64,000 nucleotides of DNA from Mobula hypostoma. Taxonomy: Eukaryota. This document shows positions 50,501 to 62,153 of the stretch, in pieces. The first letter of the stretch is position 1; the number at the start of each line of letters is the position of its first letter. The stretch lies in NCBI RefSeq assembly GCF_963921235.1, contig NC_086108.1, positions 92,692,001 to 92,756,000 of the forward strand. Direction: 5' to 3'. Position numbers and translations under genes: made by a program. A model generated the notes under the pieces. The model did no database searches and was not told where the DNA came from. It saw only the letters and a program-made list of their open reading frames with translations.

Positions 50501-51664
50501 GTGAGAATGCAGTCTGTTGAACAAAATTGTGATGTATCCAAGACTAAATCTAGGTACAAAACAGCTAATTTGCTTTCACTCAGACTGCCTTGTCTGTTGT
50601 TTCTTCTTTATATTTTTGACTTTTACAGTTTTATGTATTTAATTGACTTATCACTTATTGTCCTTCCTGTGCTTTTTTATTTGTCTTGTGCATGTGTGTA
50701 ATTAAAATATACCATTTTTTAATATATATATATAATGTGTGTGTGTGTGTGTATATATGCGTGTGTATATTATATTTAAATTAAATAAGCGGTGTAAAAT
50801 GTGAGGTAGTGTTCATGGATTCAGTGTCCATTTATAAGTCTAGTGGTGGAGGGGAAGAAGCTCTTCCTTAAAAAGTTGAGTGTGTGTCTTCAGGCTCCTG
50901 TACCTCCTCTGATATCAATGAGAAGAGGGCCTGCCCTGGGTGATAGAGGTCCTTAATGAAGCCTTCCCTCTTAACAGACGTTTCCTGAGCTGCCCCTTTC
51001 CAAGTTTCCTGTTTTATATTTTGACTAGAATGAGCCCTGTAGAAGATCAAGACTGGCAGAGAATTTTGCTCTGGATATTATCTGCTCTTTGTATTGTAAA
51101 CATTAAAACGAACATCCACCAGGACTTTTTAAGCTGCACACCAGTTGTGTTAATTATGGGCTGCACCATTATCAGAGCAGGGTCTAGACAATGATCTAGT
51201 CAATTAAGCACGAGAAAGATTGGCAAAAATCCTAGCCATGCATCAATTTGTTTGGAATTTAATCCACATTTGTATCTTTCTCTTCCCCCCGCCCCCCGCC
51301 ATCAACGACAATGGTTTGGAAATGGAAGATTCAGTAAACTTAAAGATCATGAATGCCAGCGTTCCTCAGACACGATCTAACATTTGTCCATTGAACTTTG
51401 GATTCTTTTCAGCGCTTTAATCATCAAACCAAGACCAATTGTGTGTATCCCCTGAAATGGCTTTGCATGTTGGTCTTGACATTCTTTCACCATGAGTTAA
51501 GGAATGAAGGTAATAAAATGAAATTCTCTGTAGGATGAGGTCTGAAGTATTGCGGAAAGCTCACTTTTCAGGATGTGGGATGACAAAATCATCACTCTCA
51601 GTGCACTTAATGTATAGATGTGATTGTGTGTGTGTGTGTAAATCATATTTTGGTTTCCTTCCAG

Positions 51665-51786
51665 ATCCTTCAAAAGTATGACCCTCAGAAAGAGGAGGAA
51701 TTACGAATCTGGATTGAAGAAGTTACAGGCAGACGCTTGGGTGAGAACTTTCAAATCAGCCTTAAGGATGGTGTCATTCTTTGCAT
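51665..51786 (+). CDS. CNN3: Calponin coding exon 2 ([40 protein letters not shown], start of CH domain)
   Basis: Acceptor tttccttccag|ATC, 122 nt, donor AT|gtaagt. Phase 0 to 2, in frame with exon 1. Contains the CH-domain motif LKDGVILC. Confidence 0.95.
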
Positions 51787-52824
51787 GTAAGTAGCTGATC
51801 ATTTTTAAGTCTTGAGGATTAGGTCTTGCTGCTATGTTGAGATTTGGTGATAGGTACTCACAATCATTTTCTCTTCCATCTTGTTAATGTTTTTCAGTCT
51901 GTCTTCCCCTCAAAACAGCACAGCAGTTTCCAAGAGATTCTTTGCCTTCATTGAACTTGGTCTTATACAAAGCCCTTTTATGACCTCGATGTCTGAAGTC
52001 CTTTCTAGTCATAAAGTGAAGCTGCTGTTGTAGGCATGCCTGTTGTTGGCTTGCCTCCATTTGCTCTTTATTTCCCATTGTAACCACCACTACTTTCCTG
52101 TTCTGAAAAAGCAGATTGTTTGCGAGCTTATGAAATAGTGCAGTTATGGATCACTGTTATTACATTCCAGTTGTCCTTGTGTACAAACAGTAAGAACTAA
52201 ACCTGATAGTAAATCACTGCGAAGCTCTCAGGATGCAAGAGGATGGTCTCCAGACTGGAAGGCACAGTGCTAAAGATGTGAACCAGGGTGCCATAACAGA
52301 ATCAAGCTAACATGCAGTTAAAGATATTGGTGCTACTAGTCTTGATAGAAGTGTTGAAATTTAGAGTGCACCTTGATTTAACTTATCACAGGATATAAAA
52401 TTAAAATGCCAGAGACCTTAGGGACAGTAAAATAGCTGGGGAAAAATGAGAGGAGATGTGGTTGATAAGGTTGAGAACCAGCAGGCAGAAAAAGTTGTGA
52501 CAAGAAGAAATCAGGCCAAGAAACAAATGGAATTCTTTAATGGTAAAGAGTTGTGGCACAAAGTTTGAGTATCTTGGTGGGTTAAAATCTCTAATGCATG
52601 TAAGGACAATAGAACTTTGAGAGAAGGATGAAGATGTACTTAAGTAAGGAAAGGAAGCACTTTGAGTTATCTGGGAAGCCCAAGAGATACTTGAGCTATC
52701 CCCTGTGGTTATGTTCCAGCCAGCTGATATCACACGGGAGGATTTATATTGATGGGAATATAAGGAGAATAGGAAGAGATCGCATTCTTTGAGTTACTAC
52801 AAAACTATATTCAATCATTTATGA

Positions 52825-53495
52825 CAGCGGTCCCCAACCACCGGGCCGCAAAGCATGTGCTACTGGGCTGTGAGGAAACAATATGAGTCAGCTGCACCGT
52901 TGAACTTGAACATAGGGTTGCCAACTGTCCCGTATTTGCCGGGACATCATGTATATTGGGCTAAATTGGTTTGTCCCATATTTCCCCCACTAAGATAGAG
53001 CGTTCCTATGAAACCTTTCGTGCCAAAATGGCGTGAAGCGAAGAAGCAATTATCATTAATCTATTTGAGAAAAATTTTGAGCGTTCCCAGACCCAAAAAA
53101 AACCTAACAAATCATACCAAATAACACATAAAACTGAAAATAAGTAACACTAACATATAGTAAAAGCAAGAGTGGTATGATAAACACAGAGCCTATATAA
53201 AGTAGAAATAATGTATGTATAGTATAGTCGGGAAGATGAAGGCAAAACCGATTCGTGGGGAAACATTGGACACGTACACGCAAGCGCACATCACGCATGC
53301 GCACACAGGTGCCCGCGCAAGGCTTCATGGTCATGGTAGCCTTTTCTGGGATAAAGTGTCCCGGGATTTGACTGCTACTTTTGTCCCTTATTTGAGAGTG
53401 AGAAAGTTGGCAAGCATATATGAGTTTAACCCCACTCGAACCCCCCCCCCCCCCGCTCAGCCAGTCTGCAGGCCAAAAAAGGTTGGGGACCCCTG
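52825..53495. mobile_element. hAT-type MITE with an internal TIR-bounded module at 52913-53418
   Basis: TIRs CAGCGGTCCCCAACC and GGTTGGGGACCCCTG; 8-bp flanks ATTTATGA and ATTTCTGA. Inner module TAGGGTTGCCAAC ... GTTGGCAAGCATA. Confidence 0.85.
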
Positions 53496-54054
53496 ATTTC
53501 TGAAGATGAATGTGGTATTTTTAATCAATAAGATTTGTTGTGGTCATCTTCATAAATCCTTTGACCAAAGTGATCACTGAGATTGAACTTGGGTGACGAG
53601 ATTTAAAACCCTTTTAGATTGCATTTAGATCTTGAATATGGTGTCTCGTCTGTATTCCACGAATTACAGTGAAATACCTGCTCAGTTCATCTGTTTTATG
53701 TATTAGTTGTAGGATAAATGCTCACGAAGATGCCATGGAATTTGCACATCTTGGAAATTTTTAAGTCAAACCATGACTTGGGCAGGGCCTTTATGTGATG
53801 AATCTGCTGCAGCACTGAAATTAAAACTAACATTGTGCTGAGGGCTTTGGAGTAGAACTTGAGCCCAAATATTTACAACCTGAGACACATCCATCTTTCA
53901 GCGTCTTCCTGAAATCTTCATTGCAGAAGCAAGTCTGTAGCCAATTATGTTTACTGTGTGATTATAAGAAATGACTAGTACAGTAAAGCCTATGGGACCA
54001 GATGCCATCCTAGCTTGTAGTACTGTAAACCAGAATTAGGCGTGCCTTTATCCA

Positions 54055-54656
54055 ACAGGAGCAGTGGGGTCTTGGGGTTCACGTCAATAGATCCCTCAAA
54101 GTTTGATAAGGTAGTTAAGGAGGTGTATGATGTATTTGCCTTCAATTCGTTGGGGGACTGTGTTCAGGAGTCAGGAGGTAATCTTGCAGCTCTGTAAGTC
54201 TCTGATTAGACCACACGGAGTATTTTGTTCAATTCTGGTTGCTTCATTATAGAAAGCATGTCTTGTGTGGAAAGTTTGAGTGAGCTGGGGCTTTTCTTTG
54301 TGGAGGAGGAGAATTAGAGGTGTCTTGATCGAGGAATACAAAATGATGTTTCATAGATCAAGCGGATGGCCAGCGGATTTTTTTTTTCCGCAAGCTGGAA
54401 ATGGCCAATACAAGGGAGCAAAACTTTAAGGTGTTGGAGGAAAGTATAGGGGGGTGTTAGGGGTAGATTTTTTTTACACAGTGATAGGTGTGTGGAATGC
54501 GCTGCAAGGAATGGTGGGAGCGGCAGAATCATTAGACTTTAAGCTCATGGATAAAAGAAAAGTGGAGGGCTATGTGGAAGTGAAATGCTAGATTGATCTT
54601 TGTGTCGGTTAAAGGGTCGGCACTACATTGAATTGAGGGCTCTGCACTGTTCTATG
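54055..54656 (+). mobile_element. Old CR1 3' fragment
   Basis: DNA similarity to the CR1 copy at 8900-9620 (e.g. ttagaccacacggagtattttgttcaattctgg). Confidence 0.75.
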
Positions 54657-54781
54657 GTAGCAAATCCCATGAGTCCGATCATCATCCCAGCTGCAATGCT
54701 GAAGACGTGCACTCCAGAACTAGCCATGCCTCTAGCCAAGTTGTTCCAATACAGTCCCTGTCCTGGAACTGGAGTGGACAT

Positions 54782-57290
54782 TGTTGTGTCTGTGCACAAT
54801 TGCACATATATTAAATAAAAGCATGCGCGTGGGAGATGGCTTTAACTGGTGTATTCACATTGCAGTGAGGGAGATCAATGTGCACTTGTAGACAACAGCA
54901 GATGCGCAGACAACAGTTCAATATGCAGTGCTGAGGGAGGGAGGGGCCGTTGCTCTAAAAGAAGTAGATCCATACATTACAATCCTCTCCCTTTAGATCA
55001 ATGCACCATAAAACTGTATATGCACAAAACATTCAATTTCCCTTTCATAAACCCTGTTCCAAATAAACGTGCTTTCACAATAACAGTCCATAACTAACTT
55101 CACAGTGCTAAAGGTTCAGTTTTTTGGGTGGCACTCTGTTTTTTTCAGGATAGCACCTCTGGACCTGTGGGGTGGCATCAGGTTTGGTAGGTGTCTTGTC
55201 TAAGACAACTTTCTTGGTTTCCGGTGTCATGTGGCTGTCAGTGACATTATCACTGAGAAGCAAGTCCGGTGACTGTAATGTGCCCATCTTGTTGGATGCA
55301 ATTGACTCGGGTGTGTTCTCCAGTTGAGCATCCAGTATCTGGTCCACATGAAGTGTCCATATCTGATTTCCAACATCGACTGTGTACATCAGTGGTCCGG
55401 TTCTTGTAGCTATCCTATAGGGTGCCCATTTGTCTTCTCGGTAATCATGCGCTAGGACTTCCTGTCCAATCTCGAAGCTCCTTGCTGCTTCACCTGACAA
55501 CTGGCTGAACTGTTTATTATGCACTTCCCAACGTAGATCTTGTTTCAGAAGGTCTATTGCGAGATCTCAGATTCCTGTTCATGAACAGCATTGCAAGTGT
55601 TTGATTTGTCGTCGCATGAACAGAGAGTTCACAAAAAGGAAGTTGTCTACCTTGTGCTGTAGAGAAATATCCTTCTTGTCCATTGCTTTAATGGACGACT
55701 TGAAAGTTTGGATAAACCTTTCAGCTAACCCATTTGTTGATGGGTGGTGAGGAGCTGACTTGAAATATCTAATGCCATTTTTCTTCATGAACAGTGGAAT
55801 TCTTTTGACAGGTATTGTGATCTGTTGTCATCACAATTTGTTTTGGTAAGTCATTTCTGGCGAAGATGGTCCTCAGAGTGAAGATAAACTTTGAAGGGGT
55901 GGACTTCATTGGTGTACCATACGGCCACTTTGAGCATCCGCAACAATCAGAAACAGAGTCCATGAATGGCCCAGCAAAATCAATATGTACTCTTTGCCAT
56001 GGTGATGATGGCCACTCCTATGAGTGTAACAGTACCAATGGGGGTGCATTTTTAACCTTTTGGCATCCTGAACTGCTTTTGGCAAACTCTTGAATGTATT
56101 TATCTAATCCCTTCTCAAACACCTTCTGATTAGCATTAAGCAGCTGTGACAGTCTCTGGTTAGTGCTACCGTTTGGGCTTCTGTTGCCTGTTGACGTCAC
56201 ACTGAGTGCTTTGATGGAGTGCCAGTCTAGTTAGATTTTTCTCAACCATTCACGTCCACCACTTTTCAATACATAAAGTTCTAACTATTGTGTTTGGCCC
56301 CCATATGTCACATTTACTTACAGTTCGCCCTTGGGAAACACTTTTATCACCAGTGTAAGTCTTTAACATCACTGAGGTCTTCTCTAATGGTATCTTAGAA
56401 AACAGTCTGTTGTGGTCAGCCTCTGGTATTGTGGACAAACTGACCATGTCCAGCTCCACTTCCGGTTTTACACCGGGCACATCGGTTGTGACCCAGGTGA
56501 TGTTGTGATCTGCTTCAGTAACACAATGCATTTCTAGGCATGACAGCTCACCTGTGTTGTCTGATTCTGTTTCACATTTGCTAACTTTATGCATTTGCTT
56601 AGTTTTGTGTTTGAGACTTTTTACTCGGTTGTGCTTTTTGCCTGCTTTGCACATTCTCTCTAGGAGACCTTGTCTGTGACACTTTCTGCAGACTTTTTCT
56701 TTGAACCAATGGTTTAGGGCTCAAGTGACTTTGTAAAATTGTAACAATTTCATTGAATGTTTTGCTTGCTGGTTTTGCAGAGGTTGCTAAGTTGCGTAAG
56801 ATACTGCACAGCTGTGCACCCATTAACCTAAGATGCTAGTGTGCTTTCCTTTGCTCTTCCCCATTGTTTGAGTTACAATGTGGTTTCACCCTCTCGATAT
56901 AAGACTCCCAGCCTTCATTAGTGCTATCAAATTTGTCAACTTTCCTAACTGAAGCCATCGCCACGTTATTTTCACTTTAAGTTCAGCACGTCTTTCACAG
57001 TGTCCTTTGTTAGGGTCCGTGACAATTTTCTCATGCTGTTTAACTCTCATTGCTTTGTCCCGTAACTGCCGGTGCGGTTCCTGATATTTTTTGGCATTCA
57101 GGTTCGTACTCGTCGCCAATTTGTTGTGCCTGTACACAATTACATTTCAATTAAATAAAAGCATGTATGCAGAAGATGGGTTTAACTGGTGTATTCACAT
57201 TGCAGCAGGAGCAACGAGCACGCGTAAACAAAACATCAATGTGTGGTGCTGGGGGCAGAAATTCTTTTGCGTCGGAGTAGTAGTTGACCA
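54782..57290 (-). mobile_element. Ty3/Gypsy LTR retrotransposon, internally deleted and decayed
   Basis: LTR copies start at 54782 and 57122 (tgttgtg..tgt.cacaatt). PBS TGGCGACGAG at 57109-57118. PPT AAAGGGAGAGGAT at 54982-54994. Remnants of gag (LRNLATSAKPASKTFNEIVTILQSHL), protease and integrase (KSAPHHPSTNGLAERFIQTFK). Confidence 0.9.
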
Positions 57291-58967
57291 AGTGTGGCAG
57301 AAAGCAGCCCTCGTTTAAGTATGAAGTCTTTGAGCATCAAAGGGAGGTCAGTTTAATGACAAATTCCATACAAAGGAGCTCTCCCAGTCCCAGGCATCAC
57401 TGCAGTATGCCCAGCCATGATCAGCAACTTCTTCAATGATCAACTTTCCATCACAGGTTGTCGTAAATGTGAAACTTGTACAATGATCAGATCCATTCAC
57501 ATCTCCACTGCAAAGAAGACAATCTGTGCTTGCATGCAGCATGACCTAGATAACCATTCCTGATAGTAATATGCTTGCCACAAAACTAAGCATTGGCCTT
57601 CCTCAACAAGAGGCTCTGTCTACCTTTTGATATTGAGAGATTCCTTTCCCGTTACTTTCAACATCCTTGGGATGGATCATCGTTGACTCAATGGCCCAGC
57701 CACAGTCTCTGGGTATGAGAAAGTTACAGGTTGAACATCCTGCAGCAAGTAGTTTGGCTCCAGACCCTCCGCCCCCACCCCCCTCCAGTGTTTTTTTTTT
57801 CACCAACTGCAAAGTACCATTGATGACTTTGGTGGAATACGTTCTGTGCTTGCAAGATTGTATGTCAAGCAGCTCAAGCTCGACCCCATTCAGGATAGAC
57901 TAGCCTCTGACTGGCACTGCATCCACCACTCTAAACACGTGAATGCAGGAGATTCTGTAGATGCTGGAAATGCGGAGCAACACAACCAAAATGCTGGGGG
58001 ATCTCCATAGGTCAGTCAGTGTTTGTTATTCCTCTCCATAGATGCTGCCTCACTTGCTGAGTTCATCCAGAATTTTGTGTGTGTGTGTGACATTACACTT
58101 CATTCCCTTAATCAGTCATACGGGAGATGGATGAATTGTGTACTGCCTACCTCAGCCATGTTGATAACATCTCCCAAACCCATAACCACTACCACAAAGG
58201 GAACACTGCTTCCAACTTGTCCACTCGCCTCACTTGGCAGTTCTGTATGGTTCACCACCAACACCTCTGGGGATGGGCAATATACAAGCTATGGTTGTGC
58301 TTTAGGAATATTTATGCTAGTTTCTGTATGTGGAGGTGTGGCACAATTACATCTAACTTGTACTATATGGAAAGTGAATGACATTCGAAACAGGGGGAGA
58401 CTTTATTCAAGTTTGTTGTGTATAATTTTGGTAAACCCATCACAGAGGGTGCGGAAGAGGTTCATGATGCTGCCTGGATCAGAGAGTGAGTAATAAGAAG
58501 AGGTTGAACAAACTTGGCTTGCTTCCTCAGGCTGAGGGGCGCCGTTAGAAGTTTATAAAACAGAAGCATAGATTGAGTAGATAGTTTTTTTTTCCCAGGA
58601 TGGAAATCCCACATACTAGAGGACATCACTTTAAGGTGAGAAGGGGTTTGGTTTGACTTCTTTAAAATTTAAGATTCCACAGCCCTCTTGTGGATATCCC
58701 TGACTGCGCGTCTCTGTACATCAATCAGTATTTCATCCATAAATTTTTAGCTCGTGTTGTGGTAACTCACTATTCTAATGTAGTATTGGACTTTCTCAAT
58801 GTTTTTATGGCATTCCTGTCATTTAGCCAATTGAAACTTCTGATTTGTGTGGTAGAGTTGGGACTTGGTCATTTCCCGTCATAAAAGGCATATTGAATGT
58901 CAACTATGATTTTGTTGCAGAGCCTAAAGTACAAATTTAATCACAGACATAACAATATAGTAAAGTG

Positions 58968-59109
58968 CAGGTCGACCTTCACTAATCCGACTACCAGTAA
59001 TCCGGTTCCTTCGATAATCCGGCACTGATTATGCTTAATGTGATCCTTCTGTAATTCGGCATTTTCACTAATCAGTCCCAATGGTGCCGGATTAGTGAAG
59101 GTCGACCTG
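58968..59109. mobile_element. 142-bp MITE with perfect 22-bp TIRs (Tigger/pogo-like)
   Basis: CAGGTCGACCTTCACTAATCCG ... CGGATTAGTGAAGGTCGACCTG|TA. Confidence 0.85.
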
Positions 59110-60562
59110 TACTGCAAATTTGGAGATTTCAGCTTTTGGATGAGATGTTACAATGACCCAAATTGTTCTCTCTGGTGGAACCACTTGGCATCACTTGGTT
59201 CACCCTGGCCAATTTTTAACCCTCACATCACCTGATTAGTTTTTTTTTTGTTACACATGCATGGAAACATATCAAATCAGCGAGGATTGTTCTGGGCAGC
59301 TGCAAGTGTCACCACACTTCTGGTGCCAACGTAGTGTGTCTACAACTCCCTTACCCTAACTGTAAGTCTTTGAAACGCGGGAGGAAATTGGAACACCTGG
59401 AGGAAACCCACACAGTGATAGGAAGAATATACAGACAGTTTCAGACAGAGGTAGCTGATCGCCGCTGTTGTATAGTCATACGCTAACCACTACTTTACGA
59501 TGCAGCCCCAGGTGCCAGGACAGTAGATTTTGCACTTTGCTTTTTATGAGCCTTGTCATGCAAAAGAAGTCATTGAGCTTTCTAAATTAAGATGTTTTCT
59601 GGAAAAGTCCCAGTGGTTGTAAACTGCCTTAGGATGTTATGGCAAAGATCTGGAAGATGGTGAAAAACTTGACCATATTCCATTGCAGAAATTAAGATGA
59701 AAAATTTGCTCCCCCACAAAGGATTTTGTGCAGAGATTGCCCTAGGCTGCTGTCTCAAATGGATTTTTGCCAGTAAGCCCACAGCTGGTTACTGTAAGAG
59801 TTTATTGTCCGCAAGGTTGTCTTGGGCTCTGTTCAGTGTGGCCAAAGAAGCCATTATAGCATTCAGATTTATGATGGTTCATTTCCCTTGTTTGAAACTT
59901 TATGAATCTATATGTGTCTTTATGAGCAAGTAAAAATTCAAGATGATACTTTAATATTCTAAAACGGCTGCTTACGAATTGAGTAATCTCAGCTATGGAG
60001 GTTGGGTGGCAACTTTTGCAATAGCTTCTTTCAGCTATTTTTTCTGTAATATGTTTGTTAACTGAAGTAGCTAGTAGTGTAAAGCAGGAACTTTGCGACT
60101 TGGAGTTTTTGTTCCATAGGGAGTTTATATAAATAAGGGCTGGATGACTAGTCTTCTACAAACAGCCAAGCTTGTGGTTGGTCCAGATGCATCTTTTGTA
60201 AGATGTCTAAAAGTTGCAGCCATGGTTTAAGGTAAAGATTTGGTTTTAATAGATGTTTAGTGTTTTCTTTGGTAGAAGATGCCAATCCACTGGTGTCAAA
60301 AAGGTAAAGCGATCTACCAGCTTCTAAAGTTGAATGATACCAATATTTAATCTAATGTGTTTTAAGGGTTACTGTGACCTCTTCTTCATCTTCCTACAGA
60401 ACAATGTTTCAGGACGTAATAAGTGATGTTCAGTTGTTAGAAATGTTATTTCAATATGTAAAATGGGTTTAATGGGCCTTTGAAGTTTTCGTTAAAAAAG
60501 TCTTGACCATTTGTTTCAGTGCCTCAGAAGCTATATTAAATCGTGGTTAATTTTCTTTTCAG

Positions 60563-60629
60563 ACTCATGAACAAGCTGCAGCCTGATTCTATCAAGAAAA
60601 TCAATGAATCCAAATTAAACTGGCACCAG
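60563..60629 (+). CDS. CNN3: Calponin coding exon 3 ((I)LMNKLQPDSIKKINESKLNWHQ)
   Basis: Acceptor ttttcttttcag|A, 67 nt, donor CAG|gtaaga. Phase 2 to 0, matching both neighbouring exons. Confidence 0.95.
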
Positions 60630-60633
60630 GTAA

Positions 60634-60955
60634 GAAGACTTGACAGGAGTGTAAGCTATTATGAGAAGTATAGATAGGGTAGATTCTGAATACTTTTCTC
60701 CTGGTGGGAGTGAGTAAAACTGAAGGCATTGGCTTAAGGTGAGAGGAGGGAAGATTTGAGAGAAGAATCTTCTATTACAGAATGGTTGATATCTGGAATT
60801 AAGAGCCGGGGGGCTGGTAGATTCAGATACAGTCACTGCTTTTAAAAGGCATGCAAGTGCTGGAATGGTCCAGACCTAATGTGTGTAAATGCAGTAGTGT
60901 GGGTGGATAGGAAGGCAGCATGAGTGTGGTGGGCCAAACAGCCTGTTCCTTTCTA
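60634..60955 (+). mobile_element. Old CR1 3' fragment directly after the exon 3 donor
   Basis: gacttgacaggagtgtaagctattatgagaagtatagatagggtag...ggcttaaggtgagaggagggaagattt resembles the CR1 at 9255-9395. Confidence 0.75.
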
Positions 60956-61233
60956 TAAATTTTTATGTTGAATTGGCTTTCTATAATCAGTGTTAACTCT
61001 TGATTAATGATCTTTTTTAATGGAAATGTTAGAAATCTGCAATAAAATGTGAAATGCTGAACACTTGGTGGATTTAGGTAACATCAGTAGAGAGAGAAAA
61101 CACAGTTAATATTTTCAAGTTGAAGACCCTGTGAATCTCCATTCTCCCTTTTTTTGGTTCTTAACAGGACTCCAGCATTAAACATTTCCTCTCATCACTG
61201 CTGCTGCCTGACCTGCTGAGTGTGTATTTAGAG

Positions 61234-61296
61234 CAGGGGTTCCCAACCCTTTCCATTCCAACCCTACCATTAACTGAGGGGTCCATAGACCCCTGG
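61234..61296. mobile_element. Tiny hAT-type MITE family (other copies at about 24660-24736, 41695-41777 and 49752-49819)
   Basis: Shared CAGGGGTTCCCAACC terminus and ggggtccat(a/g)gaccc interior. Confidence 0.65.
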
Positions 61297-62015
61297 TTTA
61301 CAGCATCATTGTGCTGATTAATAGAGGGTGTTCAGATGCATTTAGTGACTTGCCCATTATCGATCTATAGGACTGTACAATGTGTATGCAATGGGGCACC
61401 TCGCAAAGAACACAGCTATGACCGTGGCAATTTCATATTGCAGTTGGCTCTGATGTTGATGGTTCAATAGCCTACTAGTAATTGTGGTAACACTGCTACA
61501 TGAGCAGAACCTTTCTCAGAAACTGCCCCATTTTAATAATGTATTTTTTTGAATTGTTTCACTTCTAACTCTTGACATAATATTGTTAAACCACTGCTAG
61601 GCTATCTTCAGCTCTAGGCTTGTGAAGCAAGTTGGGCCCACTATGTGTTTGACTCTGGATGTCAGTCCAGTGCTGCCAGCTTATAAGTTGTTACCCTCTA
61701 AAGTTGGGTGATCTCTTTGGACGTCTCGCTTTGGCAAACATCAGGTTCTTGATTAGTAAGGGCGTCAAAGCTTATGGGGAGGAGGCAGGAGAATAGGGTT
61801 GAGAGGGATAACAAATAGCCATGATTGAATGGGGGAGCAGACTTGATGGGCTGAATGGTCCATTTCTGAATTTTGCTCCTGTCTTGGGGGATAGACTGCT
61901 CATTTGGTGTTTGTATAGTTCACTTCCCATTTAAAGGATAAGGAAGAGGAATTCGCCTCTTGATAAACTGCAGTTCATTCAGACATAATTTATTGTACAC
62001 TTTTTCTGTCTTCAG

Positions 62016-62153
62016 CTGGAGAATATCAGTAACTTTATTAAAGCCATGCAGGTTTATGGGATGAAGCCACATGACATTTTTGAAGCGAATGATCTGTTTG
62101 AAAATGGGAATCTGACTCAAGTGCAGACGACACTTTTGGCCCTTGCGAGCCTG
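62016..62153 (+). CDS. CNN3: Calponin coding exon 4 ([46 protein letters not shown]); later exons lie beyond the window
   Basis: Acceptor ttctgtcttcag|CTG, 138 nt, donor CTG|gtaagt. [27 protein letters not shown] is the CNN3-type end of the CH domain. Confidence 0.95.

Noticed and set aside
48617..50766. (GT)n tracts at about 48617-48635 and 50736-50766
   Set aside because: Ordinary microsatellites associated with SINE or LINE tails.
58968..59109. Hairpin as a possible pre-miRNA
   Set aside because: Fully explained by MITE terminal inverted repeats; no expression evidence available.
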